Origin: a virus
Taxonomy: Duplodnaviria > Caudoviricetes
IMG/VR virus record: IMGVR_UViG_3300037458_000153
Location: 1-25,404 of that record
Length of the DNA: 25,404 nt
Reading direction: 5' to 3' (one strand)
The notes below the pieces were generated by a model that ran no database searches, was not told where the DNA came from, and saw nothing but the letters and a program-made list of their open reading frames with translations. Below, one piece after another: positions 16,514-25,288 of this stretch. The translations under genes were made by a program, and so were the position numbers. Within the stretch, counting starts at the first letter, position 1; each line of letters starts with the position of its first letter.

Positions 16514-16927
16514 TTAAGTCCTTGAAATACCAGTTGACAACTTGATTGTTCCGCTAGCCTTAACGTTTTGTTCAATTTCCATACCGGACAAAGCCCATTT
16601 AGTTAAGAATCCAGAGAACGCCCAAGTTTCCTCAGCAGTGCTATCAGCATCAGCCAACTTGAGTCTCCAGCTTTTTTCGACTGGACTAGTAGTCATGGTG
16701 TTGATATCTGCGTGATCCGTCTTGTTGTACCAGCAATCAAAAGATATTTCGCCATTGTCAGCTAGTTTGCTAACACGGAACGTCTTGGTGGTGCTGGTGA
16801 GATCAGTGGTATCAACGCTACCCGTTGTCCACTCTGGGCCTGAGATTGAAACGGCTGCTGCTACTGTTTCCCAAGCTGTGCCGTCTTGATATTGTAGTCG
16901 AGTTCCCTCGCCAGTGTATACTGCCAT
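16514..16927 (-). CDS. Major tail tube protein
   Basis: ISGPEWTTGSVDTTDL, DNGEISF, WAFSGFLT; expected gene order. Confidence 0.88.
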   Translation of the reverse strand: MAVYTGEGTRLQYQDGTAWETVAAAVSISGPEWTTGSVDTTDLTSTTKTFRVSKLADNGEISFDCWYNKTDHADINTMTTSPVEKSWRLKLADADSTAEETWAFSGFLTKWALSGMEIEQNVKASGTIKLSTGISRT

Positions 16928-16935
16928 AAATTATT

Positions 16936-16965
16936 CCTCATAGAAAAGAGACTATGAGGTATTTA
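16936..16965 (-). promoter_or_regulatory. TAAATA promoter with SD-sequestering hairpin
   Basis: TAAATA then CCTCATAG-N8-CTATGAGG. Confidence 0.75.
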
Positions 16966-16968
16966 TGA

Positions 16969-17376
16969 CTATGACTGCCGAAATGATAACGTGTATTCAT
17001 GAGTCCTGGCATATACCCAGTCTTCACTACCATCATCTAAAGCTTCCGCATCGTCATAGACATTTTGCAAGGTGATGGAGCCAACAGTGTAACTACCCAT
17101 AGTTCCCCTGTATCCTTGCATCACGCCCCGTAGTGCTTCCGCTATGTCGAAAGCCTCCTGCATATCCTGAGATAAACAGGCAAATTTTAGGGTGGCTCTG
17201 CTATGCCCAGCCTTGCCCGTAAGGTGGTGATCAGATTCCTCTGCTACCTGGGTGACAACGATGGCTGGGATGACTGGATCTTGCGGTAAATGTAGGGGGT
17301 AAATCCTAGTCGATACCAAAGTGGTGACGGGTACTTGAGCCGAAAGATAAGAATAGACTGCACTATAAACGTTCAT
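16969..17376 (-). CDS. Tail terminator/completion protein (DUF3168-like)
   Basis: LVSTRIYPLHLPQ...PAIV motif; gene order. Confidence 0.85.
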   Translation of the reverse strand: MNVYSAVYSYLSAQVPVTTLVSTRIYPLHLPQDPVIPAIVVTQVAEESDHHLTGKAGHSRATLKFACLSQDMQEAFDIAEALRGVMQGYRGTMGSYTVGSITLQNVYDDAEALDDGSEDWVYARTHEYTLSFRQS

Positions 17377-17852
17377 ACACCCCTCACCGCTTCATCTAAA
17401 AATTGCACAATGTTATATTCCGCTTCGTCCCCAGCTAACTTAGCCTTTTGCTCAAACGCCTTACGCATGTATTGTTTCCCCTCTACCCTGGGGCTGCCAG
17501 TTTGATTCTTATTCTGGCTCTTCTTGGGATATCTGCTGTGGCCATATTCCTGTAAGCTTCCATGAAAGAAAGATCTTTTGAATGGTACAGCTTTACCACC
17601 GTGGAATATATTGATCTGGATATGTTGTCGGGATCGTTTGCCAGCCCTAATCCTAATGTTCTTTTTGAGTTCGCCACTCTCTTTGGGAACTAGTTGCATG
17701 GCCAGTTGTTGCATCGGACGTAAAGCCCTACGCATCGTACTACGCATTATCTTCTTGGCTACTCTAGGCTCTAGGGCCTGTAGCCTTTCATCTATCTCTT
17801 TCTGGCCAGTAACTATGATCTTGACTGATTTGGCTATTGTTGCTCCAGACAC
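17373..17852 (-). CDS. HK97 gp10-like tail completion protein (start uncertain)
   Basis: VPKESGELKKNI, LQEYGH, YMRKAFE motifs. Confidence 0.85.
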   Translation of the reverse strand: MSGATIAKSVKIIVTGQKEIDERLQALEPRVAKKIMRSTMRRALRPMQQLAMQLVPKESGELKKNIRIRAGKRSRQHIQINIFHGGKAVPFKRSFFHGSLQEYGHSRYPKKSQNKNQTGSPRVEGKQYMRKAFEQKAKLAGDEAEYNIVQFLDEAVRGV

Positions 17853-18151
17853 TTACACAGTGTTTCTCTATCTTGGGCGTCTTTGTTCAGTACAGAAACT
17901 ATATTGAACACTCTGCCTTTCCACGTAATCCGATGCTTGGTGGTGAGTTCGCTCGCATATCTGAGCGTAATGAGATGACTGGCTGTCTCTCTGATAGCTC
18001 TAGCTTTCATAGACTCAGTGTCATCTAGCGGTAGGACATCTGCCCATCTGGAATATAATGCCGTCCAAGTTTGTTCCACTTGGCCAATGCTATCCCTTGT
18101 CTCGGTAGCTTGTTCAATCGTTACCCTTGTCCACAAATCACCTGATCTCAT
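17834..18151 (-). CDS. Head closure protein (SPP1 gp16-like)
   Basis: MRSGDL.TRVTI, RWADV, ITLRY, RITWKGRVFNI. Confidence 0.9.
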   Translation of the reverse strand: MRSGDLWTRVTIEQATETRDSIGQVEQTWTALYSRWADVLPLDDTESMKARAIRETASHLITLRYASELTTKHRITWKGRVFNIVSVLNKDAQDRETLCKCLEQQ

Positions 18152-18711
18152 ATACACTCCACTACAGTTAGTTGATCAATTAGACGTTGCACGCCAAAGG
18201 GAACTTCCGCAATGATTGTCCCGCTAATTGTTGCTTCCCTATTTTCATACCATTGGGATACCAATAGTTTGACGGCATGAGTTAAGGTAGCGGGAGGCGT
18301 AGTATATCCACAGGTAAAGCGGATTGTTATAGCATCATATCTTGGATAGACAGATGGCCAGTAATCTACTGGGCAGATAAATCCCGGCAGATTGCTAGCG
18401 GTAACTACCCTGTAATCAGTGTCTTCCACCATCGTAATTTCTACGTTGGACGTATCGTAATACTTGATGCTGTCAACTGATTGAAGCGGAGACTTCGGTA
18501 AAAACAAGCGATTGCTGGAGAAACAGGCTATTACACTTTGGTAAGTGTAGGCTCTGAAGCATTGAGAAGTCTCCGCTTCGATAAGTTGAATGGCAGCTTC
18601 CCTGAGTCCTTCTAGGTAGGAATCATCTTCCTCAATGTCAATGCGGCAATGATCCTTAAGGGCTGCTAGTGATACGATCTCGTCAGCGGATTTTGATATG
18701 GTAGTAAGCAT
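18148..18711 (-). CDS. Head-tail connector (HK97 gp6-like)
   Basis: VSLAALKDHCRID, AVKLLVSQWYENRE. Confidence 0.92.
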   Translation of the reverse strand: MLTTISKSADEIVSLAALKDHCRIDIEEDDSYLEGLREAAIQLIEAETSQCFRAYTYQSVIACFSSNRLFLPKSPLQSVDSIKYYDTSNVEITMVEDTDYRVVTASNLPGFICPVDYWPSVYPRYDAITIRFTCGYTTPPATLTHAVKLLVSQWYENREATISGTIIAEVPFGVQRLIDQLTVVECI

Positions 18712-18716
18712 AAATC

Positions 18717-18722
18717 TATTTA
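18717..18722 (-). promoter_or_regulatory. TAAATA late-type promoter, leaderless
   Basis: TAAATA-gattT-ATG(18711), directly after a terminator-like hairpin. Confidence 0.7.
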
Positions 18723-18724
18723 GC

Positions 18725-18755
18725 GAAGAAGCCCACCGTTTTACGGGCGGGCTTC
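18725..18755 (-). terminator. Terminator-like hairpin after the capsid gene
   Basis: GAAGCCCGCCCGT/ACGGTGGGCTTC; weak U-tract. Confidence 0.65.
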
Positions 18756-18794
18756 ATCTGTAACATGTGGAGCGTGTTACCTAATTCTTATGTA

Positions 18795-20048
18795 TTAGTG
18801 TAACAAGTGTTTAACCGCTGAGGTATTCACAAGTTTGCAGTCACCTCGATAGACTCCCATAAAGCCAACAGCATACTGATCCATGTATCGTTCCTTCAGC
18901 GTGAATAGCTGGACGGATGCGACATTACGGATAATGTGCTTGCTGAAATCACCAAACAGAATGGACTTAGCACTGTTAGCAACATTGGCCATAGCGTTGT
19001 TGATGACAATCGGCTTGCCTAGCAACATGCCTGGGCTTGCACTGGTAAGATCGTTTCTCCACAAAGGACGATAAGTGGAGTCCACTAGAGATTCTAGACT
19101 CTTGACAGTCAGATCGTTCATCATCCACACAGCAGAACTTCTGTAGGCGGGATCAACACTGTGGTAGAGATCCAGCAAATCAGAGTAAGAAACGCCACTG
19201 GTGCTATCGGCATCGGCACCCTTAACACTGTCAGTGACTACACCCGCTGGCTTGCTCGTTCCATCGCCAACTGTGAAATCAGTATTTGTCTTGCGGGCAA
19301 TTCGTTCGCCTAAGCAAGAGCCAACTAGATCACTAACGTTGATGGCGGAATCCTGGAGCAATTCGTAGGATACTGGGAAAGCACTGGTGCGGTAGGTAAA
19401 GCAGCCAATCTGCTTGATACCAAACGCAATATCAACGGCTGTATTAGCAACGATTTCGCTAACAATGGCGGCTTCATTTCCAGTGTCATCTACAGTTGGC
19501 CAATTGATGGTGCCACCAGTAGCAGTGGAAATATTGTTTGACACTTCACGGATTCCACCGAATTGCTTCAATGCTCTATCAAAGCCAGCTACCATACCTT
19601 CTTCTACGGTATAGCCACCAGCAGCATCAGTACCGACAACTTGTCCGTTATTGGTACGTAGCACTAGGGTGAGATCGGGGCGGTGTGTATCCACTTGGCA
19701 ACGCTCAGCAGCTTCTTCCCATTCCTTTTTGCAAAGGTGGCCAACACCAGCACTACGCATGGCCCAAGCTCGGAAAGCATTGTTTACGTCGTGTTGGGTA
19801 ATAGCTCTGCGGCTATAATTTCTTTCGGATACTTGCGGGACGCTCAGGGTAAGCGTCTGGACTTTTTCAATTCTTTCTTGCGTCTTGATTTGATTATCAA
19901 GATCATTCTTGCGGGATTCCAAAGAGTCCCATCTTTCAAGCTCTTCACTGGAGAAATTTCTATTCTCAGTTTTGACTACATTGGCCATGCCCTGCATATC
20001 AGCAACGACACCACCCAGTTGTTCTTTAAGATTTTTGAGTTCGTACAT
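18795..20048 (-). CDS. HK97-fold major capsid protein
   Basis: Coiled-coil delta domain, GGYTV, VSYELLQDS, GDGTSKPAG, WMMN, LLGKPI, ILFGDFS. Confidence 0.96.
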   Translation of the reverse strand: MYELKNLKEQLGGVVADMQGMANVVKTENRNFSSEELERWDSLESRKNDLDNQIKTQERIEKVQTLTLSVPQVSERNYSRRAITQHDVNNAFRAWAMRSAGVGHLCKKEWEEAAERCQVDTHRPDLTLVLRTNNGQVVGTDAAGGYTVEEGMVAGFDRALKQFGGIREVSNNISTATGGTINWPTVDDTGNEAAIVSEIVANTAVDIAFGIKQIGCFTYRTSAFPVSYELLQDSAINVSDLVGSCLGERIARKTNTDFTVGDGTSKPAGVVTDSVKGADADSTSGVSYSDLLDLYHSVDPAYRSSAVWMMNDLTVKSLESLVDSTYRPLWRNDLTSASPGMLLGKPIVINNAMANVANSAKSILFGDFSKHIIRNVASVQLFTLKERYMDQYAVGFMGVYRGDCKLVNTSAVKHLLH

Positions 20049-20104
20049 TTTATCACCATATTAGATAAGTTTCTTGCCGCTGCTCTGGGGCTTGGCTTAT
20101 GGTG

Positions 20105-20110
20105 TATCTA
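20105..20110 (-). promoter_or_regulatory. TAGATA late-type promoter for the capsid gene
   Basis: TAGATA-caccaT|A after a terminator; ~50-nt leader with GGTGA SD. Confidence 0.6.
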
Positions 20111-20122
20111 TGTTCCTTAAAT

Positions 20123-20219
20123 AAAAAAATGCTTAGGGCAACACACCCTAAGCATTTTTCAAGAAAAAGAGTTTTCGCAGAGAACTTAGTCCTACACTCG
20201 GTAAGACAAAAATTCTACT
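20123..20219 (-). ncRNA. Candidate ~95-nt small RNA
   Basis: TAGATA at 20226-20231, long 5' hairpin, AATGCTTAGGG/CCCTAAGCATT terminator. Confidence 0.5.
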
Positions 20220-20240
20220 ATGCAATATCTACACCTATTA

Positions 20241-20300
20241 AACAGAAACGCCCAGCAGAGTCGAGGCTGCTGGGCGTGACCACAGATCTTGAGTAAAACT
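20241..20300 (-). ncRNA. Candidate ~60-nt small RNA
   Basis: TAGATA at 20306-20311, short unpaired 5' part, ACGCCCAGCAG/CTGCTGGGCGT terminator. Confidence 0.5.
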
Positions 20301-20323
20301 ATTGTTATCTATGCAACACCATT

Positions 20324-20367
20324 AAAAAAAATACGCCCGCTGGAATGGCTAAAAAACAGCGGGCGTA
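20324..20367 (-). terminator. Rho-independent terminator after the protease gene
   Basis: TACGCCCGCTG/CAGCGGGCGTA plus U8. Confidence 0.85.
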
Positions 20368-20394
20368 AACTCAAAGCAATGGGACTTTCCAAAG

Positions 20395-20985
20395 TTATTT
20401 ATACTTCTCTAATCTTTTTTCCGTCTCGATTTTTAGTCGTTCCTGCTCAAGCCAAGTTGCATAATTGTCTTCCATTTCCTTGGATCGTACAAATGCAGTA
20501 GATGCTTGGTAGGCTGGCTTACTCACTGGCCCAACGTCTCTTAACTGTTTGACTGATCGTACCCAACAGATGTGCTTGTCACCCTCATTGGTGAATTCCG
20601 TCTTCCCTGGCTGAAACGCAAAGCTGCTTCCTTTACACAATCCTTTACTAATCTTAGTCCTGACTTTCATATGATCGGGATCGTCTTGGGCGAAAGGTAC
20701 TGAATAACGTAAGCCTTTGCTGTCGGTGCGGAGTTGCAATGTGTTACTTTCTACATCACCCAGAATGTAATCTTCACTGTGATTGAATCTGGCTTCTACG
20801 TTGGATCGTTCGGCTAGGACTTGATTGAATGCTTGGGAATCTATTCGTTCGTATAAGTTGCCGCCTAAGTGATACTCTGTACCTGGATCGGCTGAGTTGT
20901 AAAATACACTGGCATACCCACTGATGTAATGTTGTCCATTACGTTCCTCTATCTGAGTGGTATCCGTCGTCATCCTTATTTCCAT
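20395..20985 (-). CDS. HK97-family prohead protease
   Basis: ISGYASVF, FNH, LRTDSKGL, GSSFAF, DVGPVSKPAY. Confidence 0.95.
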   Translation of the reverse strand: MEIRMTTDTTQIEERNGQHYISGYASVFYNSADPGTEYHLGGNLYERIDSQAFNQVLAERSNVEARFNHSEDYILGDVESNTLQLRTDSKGLRYSVPFAQDDPDHMKVRTKISKGLCKGSSFAFQPGKTEFTNEGDKHICWVRSVKQLRDVGPVSKPAYQASTAFVRSKEMEDNYATWLEQERLKIETEKRLEKYK

Positions 20986-22517
20986 AATTCCTCCACGATT
21001 TGTTCAGTGGTGTATCTAGCCAGTACAGCTTGGTGCTGCTCTGGTAATGTCGCAGATAATTCGTGTTGCATATTGTCTAACATTCGCTCAGCAATTTCTT
21101 TGCCTTTTTTGAATGCCGACATGTTCTCAATGACTATATCCCGATGCTTTGTTAAGTCTGTCTGCCCTTCACTGACTGCCTTGCTTATCCGCTTAAGCAA
21201 TCGGGATACAGTCTGTTCCGTTAGTTTGCGGGCTACCTCTTCCGCTTCCTCCTCCACTGGCTCCTCTGCTGGAGCCTGGGGTAGCATCTGCGGCATCGGC
21301 TGCGGCTCTGGCTCCTCACCCTCTATCACAATATTGCTGGGGTGCTGCCAAGTTTCATCCTCACTCTTGTCCGTAGTCATGTTGAGTTTCTGTCGCATCT
21401 CTTGCCAACTGATCATACCGTTTTGGAATTGATATCCTAGAAGTTCAATCTCTGTCTTAATGTCAGTAGAGATGAGCTTCTTACGTTCAAACTCGATATA
21501 GTGGGATTCCTCTTCCTTTTCCTGCTCCGTCAGTAACTTAGTTTGACATTCCTCTTCCCAATTTATCAAATGATGTTCAATACTGTCAGCAAGGAAATTC
21601 TTGTCATCCTGTTCCAAGCTTCCATAGCTGGTATTCTGTGCTGATCCTATCTTGGAATGGCTGCTACCAAATAGATTGGCTGAGCTTATAAGATCGAATT
21701 CCCTGGACTGATTGAATTGTCCTTCATCATTATTGATGGCCACAGTAGTTGTCTTGGTGCCAGTGGGAACAAATGCTGGCTTGAATGTATTTTCTACGTT
21801 GGCGTGGGATCGATACCAAGCATTGCGGAATTCCGTTACCTTCTCCAGTCCTTTGATCGTTGGCGGTAATTCCACAATTAGTTTTGGCTGGGCATTGTTG
21901 GCGAAGTAGTAAGCCGCATGACGTTGGAGGCTCAAGCCCAAGCCCAAAGCATCACGTCCCAGTTGCAATGTGTTATAGCCCTCGACACCATCGCCAATAT
22001 TCTGGATGTGTAGACAGTCCTCTGTGGCAAGGGTAAATGGCTTGTCATTTAGATTGGTGCGGATTAGCGGTAAGCCAGTGGAGGTATCAATATAGGTGGC
22101 TGTTGGATCTAGTATCAACAACTCGACTGGCAAGGCATAAGCGTCACGAACGATATATGCCCACGCATTGCCATAGAGTAGGCAATACAATTGCATAGTC
22201 CTGCGAAATACAAATGGTGTGTACAGTGGTGAAGGACTACGCCTCAGTAATTTCTGGGCGGGATGCTGATTGTCCTTTTCCCTGCTGCCATTGTTGCCAT
22301 ACCTCATCACGTTCAGTGGTAATATGGCCACCTTGGTACTGATGAGTTCGCAAGCTCTGCGGACTGCGGGATTGCCTAGGACTGATTGTAGACTCACCCT
22401 AACACCGCTTGAGCTAGGTGGGCCACTGGTGAGCATTTCATACGTTGCGGGATCATTTAGATTAACACTGGGATTATCTAAGATGGATCGTTTGAATATT
22501 TTGTTCCAGATTGACAT
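20976..22517 (-). CDS. HK97-family portal protein
   Basis: AVRRACELIS, LLYGNAWAYIVRD, CLHI; start moved to 22517 (MSIWNKIFKR), removing the TerL overlap. Confidence 0.95.
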   Translation of the reverse strand: MSIWNKIFKRSILDNPSVNLNDPATYEMLTSGPPSSSGVRVSLQSVLGNPAVRRACELISTKVAILPLNVMRYGNNGSREKDNQHPAQKLLRRSPSPLYTPFVFRRTMQLYCLLYGNAWAYIVRDAYALPVELLILDPTATYIDTSTGLPLIRTNLNDKPFTLATEDCLHIQNIGDGVEGYNTLQLGRDALGLGLSLQRHAAYYFANNAQPKLIVELPPTIKGLEKVTEFRNAWYRSHANVENTFKPAFVPTGTKTTTVAINNDEGQFNQSREFDLISSANLFGSSHSKIGSAQNTSYGSLEQDDKNFLADSIEHHLINWEEECQTKLLTEQEKEEESHYIEFERKKLISTDIKTEIELLGYQFQNGMISWQEMRQKLNMTTDKSEDETWQHPSNIVIEGEEPEPQPMPQMLPQAPAEEPVEEEAEEVARKLTEQTVSRLLKRISKAVSEGQTDLTKHRDIVIENMSAFKKGKEIAERMLDNMQHELSATLPEQHQAVLARYTTEQIVEELWK

Positions 22518-22522
22518 AACGG

Positions 22523-22528
22523 TATTTA
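22523..22528 (-). promoter_or_regulatory. TAAATA late-type promoter, leaderless
   Basis: TAAATA-ccgtT-ATG(22517). Confidence 0.7.
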
Positions 22529-22536
22529 GTAGCTGT

Positions 22537-24180
22537 TCACACAAATACCATAGGCCCGTCCCAGGTATCATCCTCATATGCCAGCCACCCGCCCATTGCG
22601 ATGGCACTGGCCACAATCCCATCTATCCGCCCATTGCTCTTGAGCTTGTCCAGCATTATTTGATCCTCATTGTTGCTGCGGCAAGTGGCCACACTGACAC
22701 ACCAATCTAAGATCGGATGCCCAGCATGACGGATAGTATGATCCAGCATCTTGCGTTCTAGATAGGCGGTACTGGGTGACATGCTGGCAAAACTCTGCTT
22801 CACTTCCAGAAATTCACAATCCATTTCTTCTTGGAGTTTCATAATTGTCTCGGTAGCACCATAAGGATCATAGCGGAATTCCAAGATATTGAACTTCTGG
22901 GCGTCTTCTAAGATGGCTGCCCTGATGGCAGTAGGATCAATAATGTCTCCCTCAGTTAGTTTGATGTGGCCTTGCTGCTCCCATACAAGGTACGGCACAT
23001 GATCCGTTTTGCTCTTGATAGTCGCCAGTTGCTTCGGGCTGAAGAATCTGGGCAACAGATATATGTTCGGCTTGCCCTCATCATCCTCTTTCTTTACTGC
23101 CACCACATAACAAGTCAGATCATTACGCCTGGACATATCCAAGCCAATCATAGCGGGATATCCATGTAAGTCCTCTTCAGTAAATAGTCCTCTACAGAAT
23201 CGCCACTTGGTAATATCCAGCCAAGCTTGACAATGCCCTACTGGCATATTGAGTAGGAACGTTTTGAAACGGATGGCATCTAGTGGACTGTTCTTTGCCT
23301 TCTCATATTCTTGGCGGTAGTAGTTCATGGTGACAGTACCAGTGGGTAAATTCTCAGTTACCATTGCTGGCTGAGCTTTGATCCACTGTTCTTCTGTCGT
23401 CCACTCCTCATCTTCCCTGAGTCCATACACCATTCCTAGTGTGTCTAATCGCTCATCCTTGCCATCCATAATATCCAGTGCCAGTTGATACAGCCTGTAG
23501 CCTAGGTGTTCATGTTCATATTGGCAGTGTGAGATACTCCAAAGCTGTGGATTTTCTCTAGTCATACCTGCATTACACAGCCTGTCATAGATCACTTGGG
23601 CATGTGTTCCATTCCATTCCCATGTTTCATCCAGTGCTATCCAGTTGGCATTGAGTCCTGATTTACCTTCTGGTGTGCTGGATAATACACGAAATTTACT
23701 GTGCCGTTTCTCATCCTGTACCAAGGATATGTCTCTGCGAATCTTAAGGAATCGTAGGGACGGGCAATTGTCTATGTAATCACAGGACTGATTGAATAGG
23801 ATTTGAGCTTGTTCGACAGTACTGGCGATACAATAACACTCACTACCTGGATGCTGGAGCAGATGGTATAGCCCGAGTCCACTCAACAAAGAAGTCTTCC
23901 CTGACTTCTTTGGAGTGAACACATACACATGGCGGAAGCGTAAGCTACCATCTGGATTGCGGTAGCCATATGCTCTTAAGATCAGTTGTTTCTGCCATGG
24001 CATTAGTGACAGTGGCTTGCCCGTCCATGGGTGCTTACTCTGTATGCAGAAAGTACTGAGGAAATGGCAAATCTTATAAGGTAATTCGTAATCAATGTAA
24101 TGGCCTAGCTCGTCTGCTATCTTGTCTGCTTTCGTCAGACTGTGTTCCAGTCCTTTGAAATACATCTGGTATTCGTTCAT
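22537..24180 (-). CDS. terL: Terminase large subunit
   Basis: LMPWQ, Walker A PKKSGKT, Walker B IALDE, nuclease GLDMS..DLT, YDPY, RIDGIVA. Confidence 0.96.
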   Translation of the reverse strand: MNEYQMYFKGLEHSLTKADKIADELGHYIDYELPYKICHFLSTFCIQSKHPWTGKPLSLMPWQKQLILRAYGYRNPDGSLRFRHVYVFTPKKSGKTSLLSGLGLYHLLQHPGSECYCIASTVEQAQILFNQSCDYIDNCPSLRFLKIRRDISLVQDEKRHSKFRVLSSTPEGKSGLNANWIALDETWEWNGTHAQVIYDRLCNAGMTRENPQLWSISHCQYEHEHLGYRLYQLALDIMDGKDERLDTLGMVYGLREDEEWTTEEQWIKAQPAMVTENLPTGTVTMNYYRQEYEKAKNSPLDAIRFKTFLLNMPVGHCQAWLDITKWRFCRGLFTEEDLHGYPAMIGLDMSRRNDLTCYVVAVKKEDDEGKPNIYLLPRFFSPKQLATIKSKTDHVPYLVWEQQGHIKLTEGDIIDPTAIRAAILEDAQKFNILEFRYDPYGATETIMKLQEEMDCEFLEVKQSFASMSPSTAYLERKMLDHTIRHAGHPILDWCVSVATCRSNNEDQIMLDKLKSNGRIDGIVASAIAMGGWLAYEDDTWDGPMVFV

Positions 24181-24458
24181 TAGCCCTCTAGATGTGGAAA
24201 CAAATCGTGCAAGTCTGACGTTGGTGCGGCACCTTTATTCTTAGTGCTAGTAAGTCCTAGCAGTGTGGAATACTTACTGATCAGTTGAGTAGCTTTGATC
24301 TTGAGTGATACGCTACACTCGGGCAATAGTTCCTCTGCTTCATCGTACATGCTATATGCATCCGCCAGTCTCATCAGTAGTTCCTTGCTGTTCGGATTCA
24401 ACGCTAACATCGGGGCTATCTGATCGTAGTACGTCTGGGCTTTCTTGCTGAGTTTCAT
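24180..24458 (-). CDS. Probable terminase small subunit
   Basis: Directly upstream of and coupled to terL; helical, with an LGLT motif like P27-family TerS. Confidence 0.7.
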   Translation of the reverse strand: MKLSKKAQTYYDQIAPMLALNPNSKELLMRLADAYSMYDEAEELLPECSVSLKIKATQLISKYSTLLGLTSTKNKGAAPTSDLHDLFPHLEG

Positions 24459-24675
24459 CTGGCTCCTTTTTATTCTTCATCTCGTTGGCTTCGTATTCCC
24501 AATACATCTTAAGCAATGCTCTGCAAAACTCACTGTTGCTGACATGTTGACGTTGAGCACTTAGCTTAAGCTTTTCGTACTCTTCATCACTCGTGACAAA
24601 ACTTACTGAGTGTGTTCTATCTGGCTCTAAATATTTCCCTAACTCTTTGAATGGTGTAGTAATTTTCCTAGACAT
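24352..24675 (-). CDS. Ribbon-helix-helix DNA-binding protein
   Basis: SVSFVTSDEEYEKLKLSAQRQHVSNSEFCRALL; AGGAGG SD; TATATA-aagcT|A element upstream. Confidence 0.7.
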   Translation of the reverse strand: MSRKITTPFKELGKYLEPDRTHSVSFVTSDEEYEKLKLSAQRQHVSNSEFCRALLKMYWEYEANEMKNKKEPDETQQESPDVLRSDSPDVSVESEQQGTTDETGGCI

Positions 24676-24756
24676 GTAAAATCCTCCTAGCTTTATATAG
24701 TAATAACTGAGAGAAAATATCCTGTTATGCAGTTTTTCACCCTGGAGGGCTGTCAA

Positions 24757-24892
24757 AAAATCTGCACAGGCCCGTTGCGGCTTTCATCCTTTTAGGGAAG
24801 CTCAAAAAATGGCCCCCATTCCCCCCAGGATCGTTTGTGTGGCGTCCTAATCGCTCAGTAGCACAATGTGACGCATTATATTCATGTGCGTT
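24757..24892. other. Candidate cos/packaging region
   Basis: Non-coding gap between HNH and the terminase genes, with a GGGGGGAATGGGG tract on the minus strand; usual cos position in HK97-like phages. Confidence 0.45.
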
Positions 24893-25204
24893 CTATTGGC
24901 CTTGTGCAGTCTTTATATTGTGGCAGGAATAACATAATGATTGTAGATTCCTAGGCTCGAACATCTTGTCCATGTCACCACGATGAGGACTGATATGATC
25001 AACACACTGTGCTGCCCTAGTGATGCCCTTAGCTAAGCAGTGTACACATAGTGGATGATTGGCTAGATGTATATCCCTCAATGCCTTCCATGCTCTAGTG
25101 TACCCACGCTGATGGTAGTTGGGCCTATTGGTGAGCTTAGGGCAAGAGCAACGTTTAGGTGAGCGTTGACATACTGGACAGATTCTAGATGGTGCGTATG
25201 GCAT
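24893..25204 (-). CDS. Terminase-associated HNH endonuclease (HK97 gp74-like)
   Basis: RGYTRAW, PLCVHC, VDHISPH, NLQSLCYSCHNIKT. Confidence 0.95.
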   Translation of the reverse strand: MPYAPSRICPVCQRSPKRCSCPKLTNRPNYHQRGYTRAWKALRDIHLANHPLCVHCLAKGITRAAQCVDHISPHRGDMDKMFEPRNLQSLCYSCHNIKTAQGQ

Positions 25205-25211
25205 ACCAATA

Positions 25212-25283
25212 TAAATGCCGCTAGGGATAACGAATCCCTAGCGGCACTTAGTGAAAGATAATAGAAAGGTAAAGAGTTGTACC
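25212..25283 (-). ncRNA. Candidate ~70-nt small RNA or HNH leader
   Basis: TACATA at 25289-25294, pyrimidine-rich stretch, TGCCGCTAGGGAT/ATCCCTAGCGGCA hairpin. Confidence 0.4.
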
Positions 25284-25288
25284 GTCGT

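Noticed and set aside
22518-22622. N-terminal extension of the portal in the ORF track
   Set aside because: It overlaps terL; ATG 22517 fits the promoter motif and a typical portal N-terminus
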